Position numbers and translations under genes: made by a program. 64,000 nt of DNA from Tubiluchus corallicola. Its lineage: Eukaryota; Animalia; Priapulida. The notes beneath the pieces are model-generated. The model ran no database searches. It was not told where the DNA came from and worked only from the letters and a program-made list of their open reading frames with translations. The DNA is taken from positions 1-64,000 of the forward strand of contig JAQGDQ010000271.1 of the NCBI GenBank assembly GCA_030141605.1, read 5' to 3'. Below, one piece after another: positions 21,791-35,500 of the stretch (its first letter is position 1; every line of letters starts with the position of its first letter).

Positions 21791-23356
21791 ACGAAAAGAC
21801 ACACATACTGTATTCGTGCATACAACGGTTAGGAAACAACAAAAACATTTTCTTTATTTTACATCATTAAAAATGTCAACCTTAACAAAATGCCCAGTGA
21901 ACGAGCTGCTCGTCCGGTTTTACATAAAATGTTATTCAATCTACTTTTCGCCTATAGTCTTTGGCATATACGGAGCCTGCAAAAAATATGTTGGTTCCTA
22001 GCCGTTGTCAGTCAGATGTGATGATCACGGTGACACAAGGTGCTTTTTGAATGTCACCGAGGTCAAAGGAAATTTTATTGAATGTGGCGGAGCAAACTGC
22101 ATGCCAGTCAGCTGGAAAATGAAATTTAAATTGGCAGGTTACAACTTTAATGGAACGGTGAACGGTTGCCCTTCGCGGTTTAGTTACAGAAACAGGCGCT
22201 TTGGATGGATAGTTTAATTTTTCTGCTTGTCGGCAAACTGCGAATGGTGTCTTCTATCTGGTGAAAAAATATAAAACCGCTCCACGAACACAACAATATT
22301 AAGCTTATACCTTAGCTTCTGCAGCGAGCTTTTTGTACTTTACTTTGACCGTTGGTGCCTCACGTTTAACCAAAAATGGACAACATTTAAGCTGAATGGA
22401 TTGTATCTGCTTTGCTGCAGTTGAGTCCGGACAGCATCTAGGTACACACCTGAAAATTTAGACTAAATAATTATCATGAATCGTGGTAAGTCATATAATA
22501 TCTGTATTATTCGTTTATATCATTTATTTGTACTCTTACGCGGTACCAACAAATACTAAAAAAAACAACAAATGATAAGAATTATGCTATAAATTAGTTC
22601 AAACATAGTAAAGGAAAAATGGTTTGTTAATTTATTGAAGTAAAGTAAAAATAATAAAAAACAATAGCAGCAATTTATGTTATAATTACTGTCCTGACAA
22701 ATGGTCAGATACTTTAATATTTCACAGAGTTGACACCTCCTAGAGAAATAAAAATACTTGGCTTCTACAGCCCATAAAAATGTAATAACTGCTAGCTGAT
22801 TGTCAGAGATATTAAGCATTTTATCAGTAATGTGACACAGTACTTTTGATCTAAACTCATGATAAGAAAAATCAATTCCATAGTGGCTAATGATTTTATA
22901 GTCATATAAAGTGAGCAATTATATCAGTCTTCGTTAAAAGTAGTGTCTGCAGAAATGGCAATTTAACTAAAGCACAGAAAAAACAGAATGCAACGCACAA
23001 TTTTACGCGAATATCTTGGCCTGCTCATAGCCCCTCCAAAGACATGTTGGGAAGTACATGTTGTGATATGCTAGCCGTTCACCATGCTTGGGCTACTTTT
23101 AGCGGTAGTCCCAACAAACCCCTTGGCGGGATAGGTAAGACATGGCCCTCATTTGTTAAAATCGAAAGAAGGCCTTTTAAACCCTTCAAGATCTGCGTTG
23201 GATATTGCAAGAACTACTGATTTTGTTCAGGACGCATTTCGTAACGAAATTTTGGATGCAACTTGTAAAGCAGCTTCAGCAAAAATTTGTGATTCGGAAG
23301 TTTTTTTTATTTATTGTGCCAAACTGTTTCCAGAATAGGTTCACGTTCGGCTCCAT

Positions 23357-23598
23357 ATTCAAGCAAAGTTTTTAACCGAGCGAACGTGCTTTTGAATGGG
23401 CCTCGCTTTGGACCTGCTGACCACAACGCATGCACCAATCAGCTGTAACGACATTAACTGCTGCGAGAAACAACAACTAACCAATTGCGACGCAGCTTAC
23501 AGTGTGGTTATGCTGGCTGCGGCTGCACGTGTTGAGGGCGGAGAAATGTAAATATTCGCGAAAATTATTAATTTTAGACGAGTTTGTTAAGAATAGAA
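23357..23598. promoter_or_regulatory. Putative bidirectional promoter
   Basis: 242 bp between divergent ATGs, CpG-richer. CCAAT at ~23435 (caccaatcag) and ~23481, GC box gggcgg at ~23536, no TATA. Confidence 0.55.
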
Positions 23599-26500
23599 AT
23601 GTTAGACTTTGTTATATTTGCAGTAACTTTTGTCGTGGTATTACTAGTTGCTGTACTGTATTTGTACCCGGTAAGTAGCAATCACTTTTGTTTATGCCTT
23701 CGTAATTATGGGTCGCTTGCTGTTTAGAATCGAACTAAGTACTTTTTTGACATTTGTGCGTGATTAGTCACGTAAACTTTAATAAAATGTGTTGTATTAA
23801 CGTACGAAAAGCGTGTGAAATTGGAAATATAGTTCAGCGAAGCACCACTAATCAAGTGTTTACATGCGAAATAGTCTTATCATTAGGGATCTGTGGCGTG
23901 TTGCAAACTTTTAATCTTCACTGATTGACTAGTTTTTTTACTACTGCTTAAATAGTAGCAATACACAATGATATATTATGTGCTGCCACTGCAACATTTT
24001 AACCGTAATCTGAATGAGGCTAAACTAAAAAAGTGGAAATTAACTATCCTTTTGATTATTGTTATCTCTACATTTCATCTCATTTATATAATTCCATTTT
24101 CAAAAGTTTGTAAAGTAGGAGTCTTAACTACTATTAATTCGTCAAGTATTTGTGTAAAATGAAAATGAAAATCTATTCATAGCTATTATATTTGCTTGAG
24201 CAATTTATCTGAATTTGTTTGTGTTGAATTAAATTTCAGGGTTCCAGAAAGAGACCCTCCACAGTTCCAGGACTTGATCCATCTGATGCAAAGTATGAAG
24301 CATATTATTCAGGGCCTAGTTAAATTATTGTCAGCATTAAAATACTTGGATGTACTGTTGCATTCTAACCACTCAGAAATAAAAAGATCATTACTGATTC
24401 TTTAGCAAAATAATATTAAGTTTGTTGTGTAGATGACAAATTGATTTTTTAGATGACATTGTATAAAAAATTGTCATACATTTTGGCTGTTGCCATAGCT
24501 TACAAGTGTATTGTATGCGTCGTATGCTATTAACAGTATTTGCACATTTTTCAGGGAAGGGAACTTTCCAGACATTGGATTAGCTGGCAGTTTGCATCAG
24601 TTTTTGCTAGACTTACATGAAGAACATGGGAAAATTGCTTCGTTTTGGTGGGGAACTACATACACAGTCAGCATTGCCTCACCGGAACTTTTTAAACAAC
24701 ATTCAAATGTTTTTGATAGACCAGGTTATAGTTTACATGCATTTATAGATAGATAGATTGAAAAATTTTAAAAAAATTAACCTATTAAAGAAAATTAATT
24801 ACTATTTGACTGGAGGTATAGTTAGATGGACAAAACTAGTTGTGAGAAAGTCTTAAAAGAACTGATTTTATATTTAGATGATTGCACTGTATGATTCCCA
24901 ATGATGGACTACTATAACACATTTAAAGGTTTGCCTTGGTGGTGTTTTTAAATTGCTTCCTAGTTTAACTCAAACCAGACAGTTGAACTCACTCACTGTG
25001 TACTGTATGCCGTACAATGATGTTTGTAAAATTGGCTTTTGCAGAAGAACTTTTTATGCTTTTTGAGCCGTTGATTAACCGCAAATGTATCCAGTATGCA
25101 AATGGTGCAGAAGGACGGAAAAGAAGAGGCTTATATGACGGCTACTTCTCGTATGATGCCATTAAATCATATTATGCTTGTTTGCAGAAGGTGATTGCAT
25201 ATTTTACTCTTAACATACCAGTGGATGTAGTGCCTATGGTGGAAACACTTACTGCCATACAATAATTATTATTTCAACTGTTTAAAGTATTGTGATTTTG
25301 CATACACTACAGAAGTCTTTTACACTAGAGACCCACATTTTTCAAGGGCCGGTGAGAGGAAATGCGTGGCCCTAGGTGAAAGAGTTTGGTGGCAAAGTCC
25401 CCAGCAGGGTCCAGGGCAGAGCCCCTAGTGGCGAGCTAGGGGGACAAAGCTTCCCAAATATTTTGAAAAATAAGCTAAATTCCTATAAATTTTAAGGCAA
25501 TTGAATTGTATTTCCCAGCTAACATGAAAATAATACAAATCTGCAATCCTAAAATGAGCATTTGCTTTAAAGCAACGATAAATTTTCAAAAATTTAATTT
25601 TATTTTTTTGTCCAGTAAAATATGTGCATTGATTTTGTCTTGTTAGAGCCAGCAGATATGCTTGCCGACTGCCTCAATTTTGCATTTTTATTGGCTGAGT
25701 TGCCTTGGCGACGAGCGCAGAACCCTATGATTTTTATGTGCAATACCAGAGTGAAAAGTGCCAGTGACACTTGGTTACGTGTCAGCGTAAGGCAAAGAGT
25801 GAAAATGCAAGATTAGTGCCAGTATTTCTTTATTTTTATAGCATTCAGGTAAGATCTGTGTGAATCTATCTAGTTAACGTTGTCGCTTATGGATTCTGGG
25901 ATTCGCGTCGAATACGCTCTGTAAGCAGGCAGGAGACTTAATTCCCCACACAATTTAAATACCCAACCCTAACCCTAAACGTAAACCTAGCCTTAAATCC
26001 AACCATAGCCCTAACCCCAATTTTAATCAACCCTAATATTAATCTGCTTCGCGAACTAATTTTTTGTATGTGGGGAATTGTAAACCATTTTTTATATTGA
26101 TTGTATGCACTTATAATGTGCTTCAATATGTATTCCACTGGTTATAAATGATTTCGTTAGTTCGTAGTTGCATTACTTTACTAAATGCAACTGTACTACG
26201 TGTACAATCGTGGAAGAGATGCCGAAGTGTGGTAATAATACTATGACTATGACTGTATCCTTTTAGCTTTTGTAAGTTTAGAAGATAGTTGATAAAATTG
26301 ATTGGTTTTGAGGAAGTTTTGATAAATTTCGGATAAATGATCTTCAAAAACGATGCTTGTGCAAGACCCTGGACTCTAAAAAACCAAACGACATTTATAA
26401 CAATCTATGAACAACAAATTTTTGAATGAATTGTAGTAAACTTGCAATAGTATCATTCACAGTTTCTGCACAATACCATAATAATTTTTAATATTTGCAA

Positions 26501-29500
26501 GAAATGGCCAAAAATGAATTTGTTTTGCTCCTCGTATCTTATGTAAATTATAAGCACTTAATGAGGGGACAGGAAACAGAAGCGATTGATTTGACATTTT
26601 GTATATTCATATTGTGGTAAGAATCGCTAAGAAAATAACAAAAATCAGAATACATGGATATGTGTCAGAGATGGGCGGCTATCACTTTCTCGTTTATCCG
26701 CAACCGCATCTGCGTCCGTAAAATCCGTGGATTGAGTTAAATTTGAATATCTGCGTATCCGCAAAAATGTCGACAACAAATTAACTAGGCTTGTTAAGTG
26801 TGCCCCATTGTTAAAAACCATTTCTTTGTCTGAAGCTAGGAGTTATAATCACGAATCAATAATATAATACTAGCTAGACCCCAATTTTGCTTGAAAACCC
26901 TCAACGACAACTCACACTGCACGATGTACATAGTACATCACTCGATCATATTGTGCCCATCACATCATAAACCATGAACCGTAATAAGCTCGAGTAAAAA
27001 AACTATAATATTTATAATTGTAGGCAATGTTTTGCATCTGGGAATTTCAAGGTAAAATATCGGGAAGCAGCAAAGAGGCAAGAGGTGATGACGAAATCTT
27101 AAATTAGACTAGTGATGAAGGGCAATTAATGTGGTAGCAAGTCTTTTAATGAGAATGCTTAACGAACTGAAATTGGGAAACTTTTTGTGCAAACACTTGA
27201 AAATTTGCTTTACATAAGTGGCATTTGCATGCTGCAATTTCGCATAAAATCCGCAGTCTGCATATAATTCATTATCCACGGCCTCCAAATCAGCAAATTG
27301 CAAATACCACAACCGCATGACTGCAAATCCGCTATCCGTCCCCAATCTGGACTGATTGAGTATTAAAAGAGTTTCTTTCGAAAAATCGTAATCGCATGTT
27401 TAGATGACTATTTAAGTAAGACTTGTCACAAAATTACGTATGTTATATTTTACAGCTTTCCGAGGAGCTTGCACAGAAGTGGGGTAAATTGTCTCCTGAC
27501 CAACATATTCCATTAGAATCGCACTGCATTGCTCTCGCTGTAAAGATGATTACACAAGTAGCTCATGGAGGTTTCTTTGAGAAAGACGAACAGATTTTCA
27601 ATTTCAAAAAGAACTATGACATAGTAAGTGTAATTGACTCGTTGGATTGTTTGGAATTGCTAAGACTCAAATATAGCTGACCAAACTAAGAAATAAGATG
27701 ACCAGGCTGTCAGGCGTGTAGCTTAACCAAGAATAGAGGTTGCTTTTTTTCGGTGAGCACTAAGCAGTACATTTGCTTCGTCTTGCTTACTTTGTTTGAT
27801 AATAGTCGCTCCTTCTGGATTTTGACTTGACATTAATTTCCTATGAGTTGATGTTAGCGTCTAAGAAATTAAATGTGGATAAGCCATCAGCAGTTTGTCT
27901 TTAATTGGTTATGTCAGTCCACACAAAAGGAATTAGTGATGGCAATAAGCGTATCTGTGATAACATATTTTTGCACAAGTGATTTTTAATTCACTTGCCT
28001 CACGTATCGAATTGTTGGGATCCTGTAACATCCTCTGGCAGTTTCGATTTTCTGGTCGGCCTTGTAAGACACCTATAGTTTTAGCTAGGACAACACGAAT
28101 GTGGCCAGTCTTCGGTGATCACGAAGGATTCTCTACTTTTTGATAATCACTCCCTTATGGAAAAGCAGCACCGACCTTCATAAGCTGAATGCGAATGAGA
28201 AGCTTATTCAAAGACATGGTGTAAAATGAAACGCCCAGCCGTCCCCCTATCTTTGCATTTTTTTCTAAAAAAAGGATCGAAATCTTCGAAGGATGAAGGT
28301 TTTAGAAGGCTTTCCTAGAGTCAGAAAGTTTATAATGAGTGCTGCAATAGTTTAAAAAACCAAGAAGTAAGGCATTTATATATTTTGTTGGTAACTGCTT
28401 TTTTAATGTAAGGAAATGTAGCTATGTACAGTGAAAATTTCACTATGTAGTGACTCTAAGTACATAAGACTAGTGAGTTCACAGTTCATTTTGTTGCACT
28501 CTTCATGTTATTATGACCGAATATTCGTTATTTGATTTTTTCCGAAGACAAATATAGAATTAACTTCTAAAGAAACATTGTCATCAGTTTTTTACATGAT
28601 ATCAAAGTTTTTAATTAATAGTTGTGGTATTTCTAATGCTGCTAAATATTGAAATGTGGTAAATATTAAGTCTTTATAACTATGCTGAGCTGTTGCGATA
28701 CTTATAGTTGTAGTAGTTCTAGTGCAAAGATGTAAAAAATATTCAATGACATTTTATGTAGGCCTGGCAGGAATTGGAAACAAGGTTAGGTGGCTCGATT
28801 CCAGAAGCAGACAGCGAAAGACAGAAAAACTTTGAGCGAGGTTCGTTTTTCGTATTATGACTGAGGAATTTTGCTTTGAAATCACACTTAGAACTTACAG
28901 TCTTAGTGTAAAAAAATATAAATTTATTTCATATTTAATGTATCACCATGTACATAAAAATTAATATTAGCACATGCTATAAAATTGGTAATGCATTGAC
29001 TTAGTTAAAATTCTAAGTGATATTTAATTGAAACTTTGTTAACTGCATAAGCTTAAATTTTGTGTGCTGGACTGATTATCTAGACTTCTTGGTTAAGAAT
29101 TTGTGCTTTAAAATAAAAATTTGAGATTTAATTTCTTGCCTTCTCACAACTTCTTGAATGATATTTAAACTGTCTTACTGAATCAAAAGACACAAGTGAA
29201 TTATAGTTTTCACAGTCCCAGTGGCACCATCAAAAATTTTACCAATGATTATAGAATTATTATTATGTGATCTTTTTGTTATAATGTGTGCTTGCAAATC
29301 AAAATTCGTCCATAACTCGGCATAGTTAAAACTACGTTATGATGCTTCAATGTAAAATGCACACCAAGAATTTGGTCAAATGTGGATTTTTTTTATAAAA
29401 ACAAACGCTAAATATATTGGACTTTAGTATTCCAACATCAAATTGTCAAGAAAATTTTTACAAATCTAATTTTATAACCTTGTGCCCACTTTCCTGGCTA

Positions 29501-32500
29501 GAAACTAGTACTGCAATTGTAAAAAAACTTCTATTTTCAAACTCTGATAGTAGTTCGTGGAAGCAGTCATTTTACTTCAGGTTTTTTCTGTTGCGAAGCC
29601 CAGATCTTCATAAGGAAGAACCCATCTACTGGATTTAAACACGACTTCATTGTCTTCTTGCAAAGTCCGTAGCAACCAAGATTTGTGCGGATGCTAAGTG
29701 TTGTAGAAACGCGGCAAAAAACAATGCCTAACTTTAACAGCGATTTTCTCAAGATTATGTTTTTCAGTGTGGATTATCTCAGCTTAGAAATAACATGGAG
29801 CGATGAACTTGGTATCAAAATGATCCTCATGAAATGGAGATTCAGGATATGTGAACAGCTAGAAAAGCTTAGTTGCCGACTTATGGAGATTTTGTTATGC
29901 AAGCATATGACCATTTTATAGTATAATTTTAGAGCAGTAATTATTTAATACCCGCCATGTTTTCATTATAGCTGGCATTTATTACAGGCTTACTTTTATT
30001 ATTTTCAGCTCGTGATAGCATGCTGTCTCAAATCGAGTACGCCATGTCACATCGCAAAGAGAATCCGCCAAAAAGTGGCAATGATTTTCTCTATTTGGAC
30101 TGCTTAATGGATGCAGCTAATGGTTTTCCAAAAGATGTTCAACTGTATGATGCACTAGTCATGTGCATTGGTGGATTTCATACAACAGGCTTATGTAAAT
30201 AACTAAACATACATGTGGATATTTTTATCGTGAATACTGAAGCATTACTGTGTTTCTAATTTGCAATTTATCCATGAGTTTACAACCTTATATTAATTGT
30301 ACAAAAAAAGCGAAATTAGTATACATTATATTAGTCAAAACGTATAAGTTTTTGTGATTTTGAAAACCACAAACTATGGTAACTACGGTCAAACCTTGTT
30401 GAGACAACTCCCCCTCCTCCCCTTGTACTGCCAAAGTCAAATTGTTAGCAAAACAAAATGTTTGTATTGCATAAACACGTATGTATTAATGCTCAAAATA
30501 ATGCTGAACTCGCAATGACGCCAAGTCCAAAGGTGCGCGGTATAAAATGGTTTGACGGTACCTCTGAGGACAATGCTGTACCCCATATACAAGTAATATG
30601 TTAAAATGCCATGTTTCTGATGTATATAACAAAATAGTTAATGCACATTTTTGCCTTAGTTTCGTTTTGTAAAAAAGTTAGTGTCACAGATTGTTAATTC
30701 AATCGAAATATCCCTTGTAACACTAAACTAATCTGGAAAATCAAAACCGGAAATAAATGCGAAGAATGGCATTGAGATTACTTTTCAGAGTAAATGAGCG
30801 TCTGTTTAAATCTTGGTCATAATGCTAATTAGTGAAACTAAGAATCACTGCATCTTGGCATTTAGCACTAAGTATATTTTTAATACAGTCACTCTTTATA
30901 CGACTTACTTTGGGACTGCAAAAAACATTGGCATTAAGCGAGTTTGGCATTATAACAAGGCGGATTAATACATACACTAGCAAAGGTCCCGCAAAAATTT
31001 TCCTTTTGGTGGACGTGTTCTAAAATATAGCCCATATCATCGTGTAGCCCTGTTCTTCATCTTTTTAAAGAGCTATATATCTGCTTTTGAGATTCCCACC
31101 AGGCGCCGCCAGAACGTTTTTTCCGCAGGCTGATTGGTCAAAATTTCGAAAAAATCGCGAGTTGGGTCCGGGAAAATGTCCGTTACGGGACGCCGTGGCC
31201 CTCTCGGGAATTCTAAATATGCCTATGATACACACTGCTGAATGGGTTATCTATCCATGGCCGGCGCCGCCCCCAGCTGGTTCCTGTTCTCTAGAAATAA
31301 GAGGTATAAGTTTTGCAAAAAACGGCCGAAAAATGGCCATTTTTGGAGGTTTTTCGCTCGTTGCTCGCGGTGGGCGCGATTCGAAAAATAAACCATCAAT
31401 GGCACGACACTAGATGGAGACCTTTCGTTTGATGTATAGATCGCCGCAAATGGTGCCGTCGTCCGAGCTGTAGCCTCGAATCTTATATATATATATATAT
31501 ATATATATATAACATACCAGTAGAATTAATATAGAGATGCTATGTAAATATGAATATATTGTTTTGCCAAAAATTTGGGCATTAAGCAAGGTAGACATTA
31601 TAAAAGGGGGTCGTCATAATGAGGTTTGACTGAATATTATTTGATAATTGTGTGTGATCTACTTTTTAGTGTTAACCTGGTGCATCTATTTTCTGGCTAC
31701 CCACGAGGATGTACAAGAACAATTATATGAGCATTTGAAGGAGGAACTTGACGATGGAGAGATGACGCCAAGTGATCAGGCTAAATGCATGTTAGTTTAA
31801 CGGTGCTTTTATAATCAACATGTGTGCTTGCATTGCAAAATCGTTCATAAGTCGGCACTTAAGCATCCTGAATCTCAATTTCATGAGGATCATTTTGACA
31901 CCAAGTTCATCTCTCTATGTTATTTCTAAGCTGAGATAATCCACGTTGAAGTTGAGGTGCAGGCTGCACACTGAAAAATATAACCTTGAAAAAATCGCTG
32001 TTAAAGTCGGCCATTGTTTTTTGTTGCGTTTTTACGAAACACGTAGCAAGCGTACAAATGTTGGTTGCTACGAATTTTGCAAGATCACGTTGAAGTTATG
32101 TTTAAATCCAGTAGATGGCTCTTCCTGACGAAGATCTGGGCTTGGCACTGAAAAAACCCGAAGCAAAATGACTGCTTCCACGAGCTACAATTGGAGTTTG
32201 AAAATACAAGTTCTTTACAATGGCAGTACTAGTTACTAGCCAGAAACATGAGCACAGGGTTATAAAATTAGACCTTTAGTACTTTGTGAACATTTTCTTG
32301 ATAATTTGATGTTAGAATACAAAAAAAGTACAATGTAGTTAGCATTTGTTTTTATAAAAAACAAGAAATTGACGTTTGATCAAATTTTTGGTGCACTCAA
32401 ATTTGAAGCATCCTAGCGTAGTTTTAACTATGCTAACCTATGGACAGTTTTGGGTTGCAAGCACACATACAGTAGGTGTTTAGTACAGCTGGCTAACTGC

Positions 32501-35500
32501 CTCTATAAAAAAACACCGTGTTAATGAAGACTAGTCAAATCTAAACCAAATCCACAATTTTTTTTGATCATGAAACTATTGGTCATATATTGAGATGATG
32601 CATTATTGTTATATTTGTTTATTTTTGGCTATTTTCTGTTTTTTGTAGATATCTCAAGCAAGTGTTGGATGAAACTCTGCGCTGTAGTGTCCTGGCGCCA
32701 TATGCTGCAAGATTTCAGGACTTTGACATAAAGTTGGATGAACACATTATACCAAAGAATGTAATTATATACTTACACATTTGGCTGGTAGGGGTGAGCA
32801 TTCTCTACCAGAAAGCGAATTCGAATTGAATCGAATTTCAGTATTTTGAATGGAATTCGAATTGAGTTTGAAAGATTTTCAAACAACTAGTAAAAAGTGG
32901 TGTTACAAAGATCATGCATATTACTTAATTTTGTTCTGCAGTAAAACCACTATTATTTTTATTAAACCATTAGTTTATTAAAAATTTTGCACAGAAACTA
33001 AGTTGTGCTAATTGCATGATGTTTCAAACGTTTTAATGATAAAGAACGTATGTGGTTGAAGTGCTGAATTATTCGAATCTATAATTTTAGGTTCGAATCG
33101 AATTAGAACTCAAAAAAACTCATTTGAACTCGAACGTTCGATGCTCGCCCCTATTGGTTGGTAAAGAAAGCAAACAGCTGTAAATTGTGAGAAGAATAAC
33201 TTAAAGTGTCATTATTTACGGGAAAAGATAAAGTTTAGGAATTATGGAAAATGTGAACAGCTGTAACATTGTGCCCTATTTTCTTGTTTGTTTGATAGGT
33301 TCAAATAATCTTTAGTAGCACTCAAGATAAAAAAGAGAAGATTTGCACTTTTAAACTAATTTATATTGATAAGTAACCATACTAGTCCCTATATTTAGAA
33401 GAACAATTGCCTGATTAACTTAAGTTAAAGCAAAACTGGACCCAATCTTAAACTGCAGGGCAAATCAATCTACTCTTTAAAATGACTTACATGAAAGAAT
33501 TATTACCACACAAACACAATTTCACGTTCGCGCCACTAATTCTTCGCTGTTACATGCATTTCGCCATTCGCTAGTTAGACGAGCACTAGCGCTTGCATTT
33601 TAGGAAATGCATTTCACAAAAAAATGGTGCTGTACCTCTCAGTTGAGATGCGTTCGCTTGTGATGAACTGCACACGTTCGACAGCTCATACGTGAGCACA
33701 GCGGTAAATTTGAAAATTGAATTTTCAGCTTAAAACTTGCCTAGTTTTAGTACAACACACTGAATATCTCAAACTAGCACTGTACTTCAATTTTCCCTTT
33801 CTCAAACATGAGTAACACGCTCATGAAATATTTTTGCTGTTGAAAATTATGTTAGTTTGTGATGTCATCAATAGTTGGGCTCGCCCGCCGTTAATTAAGT
33901 TTCTAATCTATTATTTAATTGTCAGAAACGCTTATGCAGTATTAATTGCACTAAAATGTATACTTTTTATTGGATTCAAAAATGAGCTAGTGTAGGAAAA
34001 ATCACCTGTTTTCTTTTAAAGAAACTGTTTTGTTAACTTGTGTGCTTTACAAAAATACTTATGGCATTGTTGTTACCTGTCTTTTAACAATATAAGCTAA
34101 ATTTGGAAACATTTTATATGTAATACAGGTGATATAATTACAAAACCATAGCTTTATTATGCTAAATTCGTTAATGAGTGAGCAAATTATCTTAGCAACA
34201 CGAGAAAATTAAATAGAAAAAGGACACCAAACAGAAGTATTATCTGAATGACAGTAATGTCGGGGATGAGAATAATAAATTGCAAAAAACTCTGAAACAG
34301 GCCGGGGTTTTTGGGGCCACCTAGGCCCCATTGGAGCCAGCAACAAATTGCAATTTTCTGACCGTAGAGAGCCTCTAAGTGGACTTAAAATATCAATTAC
34401 CTTGTTTCATGCATAATTTAAAATACCCAACTATCAAGGATACATGATACCTAATTGTCTCAAAAACGCCTAAGTACTGGCCGCTCCTATGCAAAAGTAT
34501 ATAAAAACTGTCTGCAATTGACTCAAATAACTCCACACAATTGATTCTATATTTTTATACATAGAGATATACATGTGGTTACACTGATGCACGTGGTGTA
34601 AACAAAGTGACGGCCTGCCAACTAGCGGTCAGCTTGTGAAATAGTGTACTGGGTCCGTAAAAATTTTCTCAACGAATTTACGCTATTTACAAAAATGACA
34701 CTACTGGTCTTCCAAAAACTCGGAATTCCGCGTATCCGCGGAAAATTCTGATCCCTGTAGAAAATCATGTTTACTTTGTGTTTCAGACTCCTGTCATTCA
34801 TGCATTGGGAGTTGTTCTTCAAGACGACGATGTATGGGTTGAACCAAAAAAGTGTGTATGCAAGCATTTTTTACTATTGTCTAATAATTAAGTTCATATT
34901 GCACTGAATGCTTAATTACAGACAGGACCAAATTGATTAGTTTGAAATCTCAGTTTTTCAGATCTTTCATAGTCTCGATTATAACTGCATAATGTTTTAT
35001 TCAAGATCGAAATATTTATTATTAAGTGATTATGAAAGACGACGACTTAATTAAACAAAATAAGAGAACCTGCTACTTTTACTGATCTACGCAATTATCC
35101 TTTGGTAAATGTAGTGGTGGTTCGTAGCTAAAGTGACGGGGGTGCTGCTTCAGAAAATTTTTAGCCATTGTTTTGATACTGTGTAAAACAAAACAAACGT
35201 GTAATTTGAAACAAACAAATGCATATACATAAACTTGATAAAATCCTAAATAAACAATATTGTTTTCGTACGAATGGCCTAAATTGTCGCAGTTCAAGAA
35301 TTTGCCGATACACGGCTTTCAAGCACGCGACAACTGACAACATGCACTGCGTGAGCGACAGTACTCTTTCTACCTAAAGTGCGGCGTCTGATCTCAGACA
35401 TGTGCACATGATCGCATGCGGACAGCAGCCAATCACCACATTGCTTGAGTTGTGAAGCAAACAGTACTACCCTGACGTGTTGTGGACTGTACAGAACTAA

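Larger units (their letters stand above)
18983..23356 (-). pseudogene. Candidate decayed multi-exon gene head-to-head with CYP20A1
   Basis: Exon-like blocks with splice signals: ATG 23356 to ~23007 (frameshift plus TAG/TGA/TGA), ~22946-22712 (frameshift, RRCQLC), 22449-22311 (open, CVPRCC..KCC), ~22255-21880 (stops in all frames), ~20497-20302 (in-frame TAA, then KHHKKKKKKKHK), last exon open. Confidence 0.45.

Noticed and set aside
20302-23356. Stop-codon reassignment (TAA/TAG as Gln) or selenocysteine, since in-frame stops occur and the MMP, CYP and 18983 ORFs all end in TGA
   Set aside because: MMP, CYP20A1 and ZPBP-like exons have no in-frame stops over more than 1700 codons. The disrupted gene has all three stop types plus frameshifts.
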